Shown here: positions 33,527 through 44,427 of the stretch, piece after piece
Layout: the number at the start of each line of letters is the position of its first letter
Numbering within the stretch: the stretch's first letter is position 1
Assembly (NCBI GenBank): GCA_023205875.1
Contig: CP060758.1
Location: 372,001-436,000 of the forward strand
Direction: 5' to 3'
DNA: 64,000 nt
Source: Chloropicon primus
Lineage: Eukaryota
Made by a program: the position numbers and the translations under genes
The notes under the pieces: model-generated
Told to the model about the DNA's origin: nothing
The model's input: only the letters and a program-made list of their open reading frames with translations
Databases searched by the model: none

Positions 33527-35065
33527 ATGTTCGGCGGAGGTTTCTTCGGGGGTATGCCGGGCATGGACGCCCGCATGCCGAAAAGGGGCGACAGCACAAA
33601 GTACTACGACCTCCTCGGGGTGGACAAGAACGCCACCGAGACGGAGCTCAAGAAGGCGTACCGTAAGCTTTCCATGAAGCACCACCCGGATAAAGGTAGG
33701 CGACCGACGACTCGACGGAAACGTCTGGGGAGAGCGTTACGAACGCGCGCGTCCCCCTTTCCCTGTCTATATCTCTTCTCTCGTGCGCGCGGTTTCTTCC
33801 TTCCTCGCGAACGCCAAGCCGCTGACGAGAAGATCGACGTTTCGTTTTTCTCTCCTCTCGTGCTGACGTTGTTGATGATGTTGTTGATGACGCACGAATG
33901 AATGAATGAATGAATGAATGACTACGAAGGTGGTGATCCGGAGCACTTCAAGAAGATCAACGAGGCGTACGACGTGCTCAAGGACGAGGAGAAGCGTCGG
34001 ATCTACGACGACTACGGGGAGGATGCTTTGAAGGAGGGCATGGGAGGAGGAGGTGGAGGCGCGAGCAGTATGGCGGATCTGTTCGATATGATGAGCGGTG
34101 GAGGCGGAGGCCGAAGGAGGGGACCCGAGAAGGGGGAGCCGATCGTGCACAAGCTGAAGTGCAGCTTGGCGGAGATGTTCAACGGAGCGACGAGGAAGCT
34201 TGCTTTGACGAGGAAGTCCCAGTGCAAGGCATGCAAGGGTGCAGGTACGAAGACAGGCAAGTCGTACACTTGCAAGACGTGCAACGGGACTGGCATGCAG
34301 GTCCACATCAGGCAGCTGGGCCCCGGAATGATCCAGCAGATGCAAAGCAAGTGTAGCGCCTGCGGGGGCATCGGCACGATGGTCCCGGAGGACGACAAGT
34401 GCCCAAGCTGCAACGGAAAGAAGTTCATTACGGAGAAGAAGATCTTCGAGGTTGTGATCGAGGCTGGCATGAAGCACGGGCAAAAGATCGTCATGAAGGG
34501 CGAGGCGGGTTACACCCAGCCCGGCGTTGCCCCTGGCGACCTCGTCTTCATCCTAGAGCAGAAGGAGCACGAGGTGTTCAGCCGCAAGAGCGCGGACCTC
34601 CTGATGACGAAAACGATCACCCTGACCGAGGCCCTCTGCGGCTACATGTTCGAGGTGGACCAGCTCGACGGAAGGAAGCTTGTAGTCCAGGCCAAGCCAG
34701 GCGAGAAGGTCACGAAGCCCGACTCTTGGGTCTGTATCAACGACGAGGGAATGCCTGTGCACCAGGCTCCCTTCCAGAAGGGAAACCTTTACATAAACTT
34801 GCAGGTCAAGTTCCCAACCAAGATCAGCGAGGCGGAGTGCGCCAAACTGAGAGAGATTCTGCCGCAGAACTGCTCGTACAACCCCGAGGAGGCCGACGCG
34901 ATGGAGGAGGCGGACGAGGACAGGGAGAACGTCAAGACGAGGGAGGTCAACATTGAACAGGAACTGAAGAACAGGAGAGACTTTGGAAAGTCTCACAACT
35001 ACAACGACTCTTCCGATGATGAGGACGGCAGGGGAGGGCAGAGAGTCCAGTGTCATCAGCAGTAA
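33527..35065 (+). CDS. dnaJ: Type I DnaJ/Hsp40 (Ydj1/J2-J3-like), predicted farnesylated
   Basis: Exons 33527-33695 and 33930-35065. HPDKGGD, four CxxCxGxG-type repeats and C-terminal CaaX (CHQQ). Confidence 0.95.
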
Positions 35066-35259
35066 GAATTTTTTTTCCACAAAACCAAACCATTTAAAAC
35101 GTCACTTGTACTTCTAGAATCATTATCGTTTACGTTTGCCACCATCATCCCCTCCTCTTGTCCTCCCGCCCCGACAGGAGCCTGGTGCCCCCTCCACCTC
35201 CGCGGGCCAAACAAGAGGAGGGGCGATCCTCGCGCGCCAAACAAAGGCAGGAAGTGCTA

Positions 35260-36738
35260 ATGATGGAGACGGAGGTCGAGGGAGCCAAGCAACAGGACCC
35301 TGTGGGCCTTACGCTTACCCTGGTCACCCTCAAGGGCGAGCAGAAGGTCGAGTCGGTTCCGCAGGACGCGACGGTGGACCAACTCCGTGACCTCTTCCAT
35401 GAAGCGAGCGAGGCAAGCGGACTGGAGTGTCCTTGTCCAGAGAAGCAGCGGGTGGTGTACCAAGGGAAGGAGATCAGGGACTGCACCTTGGAGCAAGCGG
35501 GGATCTCCGACGGGTGCTCCGTCGTCGTCGTCGAGAGGCGTGACTTGGTCACGAGGTGCAGTCCCGTCGTGGACAAGAGTCCAGCCAAGGAATGGATCCA
35601 GGAGATGACGACCAAGCTCGCGGAGCAGAAAGGGAACATAGTGAGTCGTTCGGGTGTCATGGGAACCGGTGGGCACGATAGGAGCACGGCGGCGTCGATC
35701 AATGACATCCAGCAGCTTCTGAACGCCATCACGACGGACACGGACCGCACCGATGGATCCATTCGGAGCAACGCCTTGAGGCATGACCCCATCACGCTTT
35801 GGGGTTTGGGGTCGGGGGAGAGGGGGGAGAGCGAGGGGTCCACTGGGGAGGAGGACAACCTGGAAGAGGTGGAGGGCGACGGCCTCCTCTCCGCCGAGCT
35901 GGAGTCGACGGGTGACGAGCAGGTGCAGTTGCCCGAGGCGGACCCGACCAAGCTGAGCCGTCTAATGGAAATGGGGTTCAGCGAGACCCTGGCGAGGAAG
36001 GCCCTGATCCTGAGGCACAACAACTTGGACGCCGCGATGGACTGGGTGTTCGAGCACCAAGACGACCCGGACGCCGAGACGCCGCTGACAGAGGCCCAGC
36101 TTCGGAGGATCGCCGTGTCGAGGCGGAGGCACAGGAGACACAGGAGGAGGTTTCGACGGAGCTGGCCCCGGAGCGACGTCGCCGTGGACCAAGACCTCGT
36201 GACGCAGCTTGGGGAGATGGGCTTCAGCGAGAGCCTCTCCAGGTTCGCGCTGGGAACGTTCAACAACAACATGGAGCTGGCCTGCCAGTGGCTGCTGGCG
36301 AGCGCGGACGACTTTGAGTCCGACCCCGAGTTGGACAACAGCCCGCGGCAGAACGAAGGCAGTGACGAAGACGACGACGGCGCCCAGCAAGGGGGTGTGG
36401 AGACGGAGACGAGCGCGAGTCAGATCGTTCAAGACTTGCAGGACTTGGGGCTGAGGCTGAGGGGGCACGCTCTCCCGGACTCGGGTCTAAGGCTGAGGGG
36501 CCTCGGATCGAGCCCCTCTTTGCAGCAAGAGAGGCTCATGCACGCGTTCCAGGCCATGATAGAAAACCCCAGGGAGGCGAGGAGCTACCTCACGGACCCC
36601 GAAATAGGCCCGATACTGCTGCAAGTCCAGAGAGCTCAGAGAGTGAGCTCGGGAATCACCCCGATGTCCCAGTCGAACGCCGCGGAGAGCACGGACAGCC
36701 CGGGGCAAGAGGACTCCCCAGGGGGCAGCGAAGGTTAG
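35260..36738 (+). CDS. UBL-UBA-UBA-STI1 protein (UBAC1/KPC2-like)
   Basis: N-terminal ubiquitin-like domain, two LxEMGFSE UBA domains, and AFQAMIENP...TDPEIGPILLQV resembling the UBAC1 STI1 region. Confidence 0.75.
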   Translation: MMETEVEGAKQQDPVGLTLTLVTLKGEQKVESVPQDATVDQLRDLFHEASEASGLECPCPEKQRVVYQGKEIRDCTLEQAGISDGCSVVVVERRDLVTRCSPVVDKSPAKEWIQEMTTKLAEQKGNIVSRSGVMGTGGHDRSTAASINDIQQLLNAITTDTDRTDGSIRSNALRHDPITLWGLGSGERGESEGSTGEEDNLEEVEGDGLLSAELESTGDEQVQLPEADPTKLSRLMEMGFSETLARKALILRHNNLDAAMDWVFEHQDDPDAETPLTEAQLRRIAVSRRRHRRHRRRFRRSWPRSDVAVDQDLVTQLGEMGFSESLSRFALGTFNNNMELACQWLLASADDFESDPELDNSPRQNEGSDEDDDGAQQGGVETETSASQIVQDLQDLGLRLRGHALPDSGLRLRGLGSSPSLQQERLMHAFQAMIENPREARSYLTDPEIGPILLQVQRAQRVSSGITPMSQSNAAESTDSPGQEDSPGGSEG

Positions 36739-36956
36739 AGACAAGTTTTTGTTATCGATTTATTAAGATCTTGGTTTTTTCTTCTTAACGTACAGTTAAT
36801 TTCGCGTATTTTATTATTCCTCACAACGCACAACAACGACATTGCGCTCTCGCGCTCTCTTAAAAGTTACACACATGAAGCACAGGGACATCAAAAAGAA
36901 AGAACTGTCCAGATAAGTGAAGCTTCAAGATCCTCTTCCTCCGCGGACCAACCGAA

Positions 36957-37697
36957 TTACCTCTTCTTTCCGTAAGGAGTTCTGGATCTAGTCTGTGGAG
37001 GAGAGACGGCCCTGCTCTTGGAGGCGGACCTCCTTGGGGTCCTGGCAGGGGACTTGACGCGCTTCGACGCTGGGGACTTGGCCCTGGATGGGGACTTGGC
37101 CCTGGTTGGGGACTTGGCAGGGGTCTTCTTCTTGGAGCTGGTGGCGGTCTTCCTGGTTGGAGACCTAGCCCTCGATGGAGACTTGGCCCTGGCTGGAGTT
37201 CTGGAGGAAGGAAGTCAGGAGGCAAGGGTCAGAACACTCGGCGGGCAACGGCGACACGACTTCAAGGGCACTTACTTCTTCGGCGTCTTGGTTGGGCTCT
37301 TAACGCTGGACCTTCTGGTGGTTCTGGTTGGACTCTGCGTGGTCCGGTCCAGAACAACGAAAATAGTAACAGGAAAACACTTTTGTGTCAGCAAAACACT
37401 CCCAAACGTTCAAGAGCCAGGAAGGCGCGCAATGGAACTCACCTTTGGCTCGTCTTCGTCTTCGCCCCATACCTTTGGCGCTTTGGTCTCCCTGACGGAA
37501 CGTCTCGTTGGCTTTCCGCTCGACGAGGTCGCCTTCTTCTTCGAGGATCCCTTCTTCGCCTTTCCTCCTCCCTTCTCCTGGTACGTGAACAGGAAGAAGC
37601 AGGTGTACAAGAGCATGGCGATTCCCACGGCCAAGGGAACCGCAACCTCGACCTGCATAATTTGGTCGATATCCGCCATCGACATCATGTTCTTCAT
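36957..37697 (-). CDS. N-terminal TM-anchored basic SP/TP-repeat protein, paralog A
   Basis: Exons 37697-37443, 37334-37276 and 37200-36957 (GT-AG, in phase). Hydrophobic VAVPLAVGIAMLLYTCFFLFTY, then a K/R/S/T/P-rich tail ending TRSRTPYGKKR. Confidence 0.7.
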
Positions 37698-38029
37698 CTC
37701 TTCCAAGCACACGAACGACACTCGCTCCTCCCTTCCTCGCTCCTTACAATTCAATGCCTAGCTGGCAACGAACGAACGCCATGAGAAAACCAACCGTTTC
37801 ATTTCAGAACAAATGAACCAAAAGGAAGAAAGAAGAGAAAAGAAGAGAAGAAAAAGGAACTCAAGGGAGTTCTTGGTCGTACCTCGTGATGCGGCGTTTG
37901 TTTGTCCGTCCGTCAATTGGTTGGGTACCTTGTTTGCCTTGCGTTGTTTCCGTTTGGTCGCGACCGCAGGCTTTCTTCTTCTTCCCCCTTTCTGTATCTG
38001 TCATTTTACAAAAGAACTTCCAACGGTCA

Positions 38030-38430
38030 GGAGGCCAGGGGAGGGAGAAGCGGAGACCGAGGAAGGAGGGAGGAGAGAGGGGAGGATGTCCGCGTCCAGG
38101 GGAAGAGGAAGAGAGAGGGGTCACTGATCAGATGAGTTCGTTACTCATCTCTTGTGGTGTGCGATGGATTGTGCCTTGGCATGATGAGAGATGTCAGACG
38201 AGCAGGAGGGCGAGGGGAGAAGCGGAGACCGAGGAAGGAGGGAGGAGAGAGGGGAGGATGTCCGCGTCTAGGGGAAGAGGAAGAGAGAGGGGTCACTGAT
38301 CAGATGAGTTCGTTACTCATCTCTTGTGGTGTGCGATGGATTGTGCCTTGGCATGATGAGAGATGTCATGTCAGACGAGCAGGAGGGCGAGGGGAGAAGC
38401 GGAGACCGAGGAAGGAGGGGAAGAGGATGT
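38030..38430. repeat. Tandem repeat, period 172-177 bp, ~2.3 copies
   Basis: cggagaccgaggaaggaggg occurs at 38051, 38223 and 38400. Confidence 0.92.
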
Positions 38431-38922
38431 GGGTGTGGGTCGCTGATCGGATCATTCATCGTCCCTTTATTTCTGTCATGGGATTGCACCTTTGGATGTG
38501 AGAGATGCAATACGATCAGAGGAGGACGAGGAGGGAGAGAGAGGGGGGAAGGGAGGAGGAAGGCGAGGTTGTGGGTCCAGGGGAAGAGGTCGGGCTTCGT
38601 TGGCATTCCGTGCGTCCCTTGGCGCTTTATGCCTTGGGACAGGAGAGGAAACAGGAAGAGAAAGACGATGGAGACCGCCTGAGAAGGTGATCAGACTGGG
38701 GGACGCCCCATCATCGGATGAGGAGGGGGACGAGGATTCTCCTGCTCCTCCGTGCGTAAGGCTGCCGGGGTGGCTCTCGTGCTGGGATCATCCTGGTCAC
38801 AAATCGGATCTCCTGTTATTACTTTACGCAATTAATTTACCTTTCCGACCCAGAGATGATGCAAAGAGTGTGTGGCTCACGGACAAGGACGTCCTTCCCC
38901 TAAACGCCTTCCGGAGCGCGCC

Positions 38923-39729
38923 TTACCTCTTCTTGCCGTAAGGCGTCCTGGACCTCGTCTTTGGCGGAGACATGCTCTTCGCCCTCTTGCCCTTGGATGG
39001 GGTCCTCGCTGGGGACTTGGACTTCGCTGGAGTCTTCTTCGCGCTCGTGGCCGTCCTTCTCGTTGGAGATCTCGCCCTGGATGGGGACTTGGACTTGGCC
39101 CTGGACTTGGCAGGGGTCCTGTGAGCGACAAAAAGAAATGTGGTCAGCACACCGATGACGCCTTCTCCTGCAGATGCAGGGGGGAGGGGAGGAAAAGAGT
39201 CAATTGCTTACTTTTTGGGCGTCTTCGCAGGGCTCTTCACTCTGACAGTTGCCCTCTTCTTGGCTCTAGATGGAGTCTTCGTCTCGACCTGCTGCCGCAG
39301 TGGGAGCGTGGAAACAAATTGCAAACTTCGTGTCAAAAATCTAAAGAGCAGTGGTTGATGCTCTGCCGCCCTCTCTCTCTCTCTGTCTCTCTCTCTCTCT
39401 TTCACACACACACACACACACTTACCTGCTCGTCGTCGTCGTCGGGGCTCCAGACCTTGGTCTTCTTCGCTGACCTGCCATGGGAAAAGGACGTGAAGAC
39501 TCTCTCGTCAGCGTCGTCACACCATGAGGGAGAGTCAGAGGGTGAAATCAAAATCTTACCTCGAGGACCGCCTAGTGGGCTCGGCATCTTCCTCTTCCGA
39601 CTTGTGCTTAGCCGCTTTCCCTCCTCCAGCAAGGAACTTCCTGGAGAGGAGGTAGACCGCTCCAATGACGTTCAGCAGCGCTAGCCCGACATACTCCGGC
39701 ACGAGTCCGTGAAAGAAAGAACACACCAT
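38923..39729 (-). CDS. N-terminal TM-anchored basic SP/TP-repeat protein, paralog B
   Basis: Exons 39729-39560, 39474-39426, 39288-39212 and 39118-38923 splice in frame. TM YVGLALLNVIGAVYLL, and the tail ends TRSRTPYGKKR. Confidence 0.7.
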
Positions 39730-40321
39730 CTCAACACACAGTCTTCCAAAACTCACTCCGGCAAACCCAACACCTTCACTTGTCCCAACCCCGCAAAGAT
39801 GGAATCTTTTTGTCCACAAAATCAAAAGAAAAGAAAAGAAAAAAAGCAAAATAAAACAGAACAGAGGCAAAGATGGAATGCACCCTTCCAATCCAATGCC
39901 CTTCTCTCCTCTCTCTCCCTCTCTGTCTGTCTGTGTGCGAGCGTCCTGCCTACGTCCCAATGCCTTCCTTTCCCCCTGAGAAAACCGTTGAATCCAAAAA
40001 AAAATCATTCGCGGAAATTCAAATTTCAACGGTAAGTTCAAGACGTTCAAGACGCTGCAGCTCTCCCCATCACGTGAGACGAGGCATTGACTCCCTTGGT
40101 CGAGAGGCTTCATCTCTCTTGTTGGTTTTGCTCCTGAAGGCTTGGCGGAACCCACCGACGACTACACGTGACGCGACGCGACAGGACGGGACGGCAGAGA
40201 GAGACTCTTCGACTTTTTTTTTCTTCCAGGAGGAGGAGAGGTTGTTTGTTGTTGGGATTATTAGGACGTGCCTTCCTTCCAGCCAGTTGAGCGAGTGTTG
40301 AGGTTGGTTTTGTTGAAGAAG

Positions 40322-40930
40322 ATGCTGTGGCTGAACACTTTCGTGTTCAAGCCCCTTTTCGTGTGCGTGGGGTTCCTTTACCCCGCGTACCAGAGCTACA
40401 AGGTACGTCTTCGTTTGGATTTCTTGGCTTGACTCGGTCCTGGACCACAACCATCCACAAGAAGAAAAAGCAGCAGCAACAACAAAAAGAAGAAAACTAA
40501 CTCGCTCTTCTCCTCCTACTCCAACTCCTTCTTCTCCCGCACGCACGCACACCTCTTTTGTTGCTGCTTCCTTCCTGTGTGGTCGGTCCAGGCCCTGGAG
40601 TCGAACCGCTTGGACGCGGCCGCGGAGTGGCTCACGTACTGGGTGATATTCTCCCTCTTCACCGTGATAGAATCGGTGGGCGACTTCCTCATCTCGTGGA
40701 TACCGTTCTACTCGTTCCTCAAGCTCGGGTTCTTGACGTGGCTCCTCCTGCCCAAGTTCAAGGGCGCGAGCAAGCTGTACCAGACCCTCGTGCAGCCTCT
40801 CATCCGCAAGCACGAGGCCAAGATAGACCACGGACTCAACCAAGGGTACGAGACGGCCCTGAACTTCCACAAGACTGGGCTGGGCTTCATCACCCAGAGG
40901 TTCAGCTCGGGGGGCCAGAGAACGAACTGA
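40322..40930 (+). CDS. HVA22: HVA22 / TB2-DP1 (REEP/Yop1) family protein
   Basis: Exons 40322-40402 and 40592-40930. Motifs GFLYPAYQSYKALES, WLTYWVI, WIPFY and WLLLPKFKGA. Confidence 0.9.
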
Positions 40931-41138
40931 GACCGAGCGCCTCCGCGGCTTGCTGCTAATTTGCTCTATGTACATTACTAAAAGGGGGGAAGAATAAAAA
41001 ATCCTCCGAACGAAGACTCAGTTACGGCGACGACGGCAACAAACAAAAAAGTCGTCGCGCGGCTTGCTTCCTCTTCTCGCAGGCAGGAAAAGAGTAATTT
41101 TAATACAGAACACCCAACCAGACTCCGCCCACATACAC

Positions 41139-42626
41139 TCAGCCTTGGTCGTCGGTGCTCGGCAGAGCCCTCACGATCCTGGGCTCGACGCCGCTCCACC
41201 TGGTGAGAAGGTCCACCAGGTCGTCGACCTGGTCCACCTCGCTGACCGACATGAGGTTCGTGCTGAGGTCCGACGCCAGCTGATCGATGCCTTTCTGCAT
41301 GGCGTTGGCCATGCTGCCCATGTTGTCCGAGAAGAGGGTGCTGCCGGACAGCCCTTGGGCCATCCCAGCGATGTCCACCATGCCCCCCAGGAAGCTCTTG
41401 CTCTGCTCAGAGAACTGGCTCACCTGATCCTCCACCAGAGACGGGGGCTGCTTGCACGGGGTGACGTGGTCCCCAGAGACCTGGTTCACGGTGAGCTCTA
41501 GGCCCACGGAGGGCTGCCCCGCCAGGCCCTCCTTGGCGAACCTGTTCTGCAGGGTCTCCGCCAGGGCAGGAGTCTCGTCTATGGTGTCGTTCCTGAACTG
41601 AACAAGCAAGTTTCTCGTGCACAGGTACCTCTTCTCGATGTAGGCCTTGCTCTCGTCCGGGGTGGGAGAGAACTCGAGCCTGTCCTGCGCGATATCCTCG
41701 TAGATCGGCACGAGCTGGTCGATGAGGGGGAAGACGTTCTTCTGGATGAAATCCGGAGTCTGGCCCCGGAGCGAGTCGACCAGCGTGTTCATCATGCTGG
41801 CCTGGGGCATGGTGCCGAGCTGCTGAAGGAGCGGGGCCACGAACTGGGAGCTCGCAGGGGCAATCAGTTCGGCGTAGAAAGGAATCGCGTCCGTCACCGG
41901 CTTGTTGTTGAAGCTGATGAGCACGTTCCCGGCCCTGTTCTCATTCAAGTCCTTGTACCTCGAACAGAGCAAGAGCTGCTCCAGGGCGCCGAGGGAGTGC
42001 CCCACCCCGATGGTCTGCAAGCCGTCGACCCTGGGTCCCAAGGCCCGCACGCACTTGGTGTACTTCAAGTACACGTCGTCTGCGATCTTCAAGTGCTCGA
42101 AGTTGGTCTCAAACGGGGTCGCTATCACGAAGAACCCCCTGGAAGCGAGCTGCTCGAGGAAGTACCGGTAGGTCAGCTGGGGCGACGCCCCCACGAAAGC
42201 TCCCCCCACGAAGTGAACGAGGGCCTTGGGCTCCGTGGGCCTCGCTGCACTCGATTCGGTCGACGAGGGGTCGAAACACCAACAGCCCTCCACTTGCTCC
42301 CAACCGTTCTCCTCCGGAATCAGGTTGGACTCGGCGAGGCGCTCCGTTATCGCCCTCTCGAGCTGCAGAAATCCTTCCGGGCCGGCCGTCCTCGCCAGCG
42401 AGGTCGAAGGAACTTCGGATCGCTTATCGCCAACGCCACCGTTCTCTCCCACCCCGCGAACCGGCGACAGCCAGCCCGAGCGCTCGAACCTTCTCACGCT
42501 CCTCGCAGGATTCTTCCTGCTCCGTCCACAGGAACCAGACGACCGACACGAGATCCTTGAAGCCGTGGCTTGCCCTTTCCGAGAGGGACACCGCATTCCC
42601 AGTCCCCCGGCCGAGACGTGCGCCAT
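41139..42626 (-). CDS. DUF1350-family alpha/beta-hydrolase-like plastid protein
   Basis: Transit-like N-terminus, then VHFVGGAFVG..PQLTYR, GVGHSLG, LISFNN and EFSPTP. Confidence 0.8.
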   Translation of the reverse strand: MAHVSAGGLGMRCPSRKGQATASRISCRSSGSCGRSRKNPARSVRRFERSGWLSPVRGVGENGGVGDKRSEVPSTSLARTAGPEGFLQLERAITERLAESNLIPEENGWEQVEGCWCFDPSSTESSAARPTEPKALVHFVGGAFVGASPQLTYRYFLEQLASRGFFVIATPFETNFEHLKIADDVYLKYTKCVRALGPRVDGLQTIGVGHSLGALEQLLLCSRYKDLNENRAGNVLISFNNKPVTDAIPFYAELIAPASSQFVAPLLQQLGTMPQASMMNTLVDSLRGQTPDFIQKNVFPLIDQLVPIYEDIAQDRLEFSPTPDESKAYIEKRYLCTRNLLVQFRNDTIDETPALAETLQNRFAKEGLAGQPSVGLELTVNQVSGDHVTPCKQPPSLVEDQVSQFSEQSKSFLGGMVDIAGMAQGLSGSTLFSDNMGSMANAMQKGIDQLASDLSTNLMSVSEVDQVDDLVDLLTRWSGVEPRIVRALPSTDDQG

Positions 42627-42978
42627 CTTCTGCCCCCTCAACCTCCTCAGCGATCAGTGATCAGAACCCAAGCAAGGTCGCTTTGTGGCTCCCGTTCTCG
42701 ATGATGCTGCTGCTGCTGCTGGCGGTGGTGATACCGAAGCAGATTCAGAACCCTCTGCACCCACAAGGCAACAGCTTCTTGCCTGTTCCAGCTCGCCTCT
42801 CCTCTGACAGGTGACCACCTTTGCCTCCCTCTCTCTCTGCCTCCTCTTCGTTGAGGAGTCGAATCAAATCCTCCACAGAACCTCGTTCGCTTCAAGCGAC
42901 GGCTCTTTCGAAAGAGCGAGACGTAACACTTCTGCCTCAACCCCTCACGTCCTGATCCCAACACCGCGGCGCACGCCC

Positions 42979-43019
<41 letters not shown>

Positions 43020-43069
43020 TGCTCCCCGAGCGACAGATCTCAGCCAGAAACTGCTCTCAGCTGCTGACG

Positions 43070-44263
43070 ATGGCGATGGCGATGGCGAGGACGATGGCGT
43101 CGGCGTTGTTGCTCCGCGTCCTTTCATTGGAGGCGAGGGGCGGACATGTCGGAGACATCGGTTTCTCTTTGATGCGTTGGCGAAGCTGGACCGCCATGTC
43201 GTCGTCCTCTTACTCTTACTCTTACTCTTACTCTTACTCTTCGTCGAGTGCTGGGGAGGAGGAGGAGAAGGAAGGAGGGAATGCCTTGAAGGGAATGGAG
43301 AGGCTCTCGATGAGGAGTGTGGTGGAGCTGAGAGGTGAGGACAGGTACACCTTTCTTCAAGGCTTGGTGACGAACGACGTGGATGAGTTGGAGAAGGAAA
43401 CCTCGGCCAAGAAGTGCATGTACTCGCTGCTTCTGAACCACAAGGGGAGGTTTATGCATGACTTGTTCTTGTACAATGTGGGGCGTGGAGGGTCTCTCCT
43501 GATGGATGTGCACAAGCCGAGCTTGGATCTTGTCATGAAAGTGTTGAAGAGGTACAAGCTGAGGTCGAAGGTTGACGTGGAGGACGTGTCCGACAAGTAT
43601 TGTGTTTTGTACTCCACAAGCGAGGACGACTTGGTTGGCTTGCCCAACTCTGTTGCCTTCAAGGATCCGAGGCACGAGCTTCTTGGGTACAGGTGCCTGG
43701 TACAGGAGTCTGCGGGTGCGCTTCCCCCCCACCTGGCTCGAGGGAGCCCGGACAAGCACACGGCCCTGCGGTATTCTCTTGGGGTCCCCGAGGGGGACAA
43801 GGAGATGCCCTCCGGGAAGGCCATACCGTTGGAGTACAACATCGACGTCCTGAACGGGATCAGCTACACCAAGGGCTGCTACATGGGCCAGGAGCTGACG
43901 GCGCGGACGCACTTCCAAGGCCTCGTGCGGAAGCGACTCGTGCCGGCGAAGATAGTGGCGGACAAGGAGGTGCTGGCGCGGATCTCGGAGCATCTCCTCG
44001 GCGAGGGTGCCGAGGAAGAGAACCCTCTGGAGGTAGTAGACACGACGAAGCGAAAGACGAGGGGGGGGAAAGGAATAGGAACTCTGCTTGGGATTCATGG
44101 CAACCGAGGATTGGCCCTGCTGAGACTGAAAGACCTCGCCGGCAGAACCTACGGGCTGCGGCTCAAGGGGGATGCCCAACAAACCTTCGAGGCTCAAGTG
44201 GAGCCCCACTTGCCCGATTGGTGGCCGAAAGACTGGTATGCTTCCGCACAGGACACCGTCTAA
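43070..44263 (+). CDS. IBA57: IBA57/CAF17 (YgfZ-like) Fe-S cluster assembly factor
   Basis: FLQGLVTND, the KGCYMGQELTARTH signature and a C-terminal PDWWP. Confidence 0.92.
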   Translation: MAMAMARTMASALLLRVLSLEARGGHVGDIGFSLMRWRSWTAMSSSSYSYSYSYSYSSSSAGEEEEKEGGNALKGMERLSMRSVVELRGEDRYTFLQGLVTNDVDELEKETSAKKCMYSLLLNHKGRFMHDLFLYNVGRGGSLLMDVHKPSLDLVMKVLKRYKLRSKVDVEDVSDKYCVLYSTSEDDLVGLPNSVAFKDPRHELLGYRCLVQESAGALPPHLARGSPDKHTALRYSLGVPEGDKEMPSGKAIPLEYNIDVLNGISYTKGCYMGQELTARTHFQGLVRKRLVPAKIVADKEVLARISEHLLGEGAEEENPLEVVDTTKRKTRGGKGIGTLLGIHGNRGLALLRLKDLAGRTYGLRLKGDAQQTFEAQVEPHLPDWWPKDWYASAQDTV

Positions 44264-44427
44264 CCCACTCACACCAGACCCTGTAATATCATTACCCCCC
44301 CTATCATCCACCTGAGAGAGAGAGAGGCAACCCCTTTCCTTCGTTCAGCTTCAGACTTCATCATGTAACGCTCTCTCGTGATTTTTAACACGTGTGGTCT
44401 GGTCTGCTTGAGAGAGAGAGAGAGAAG

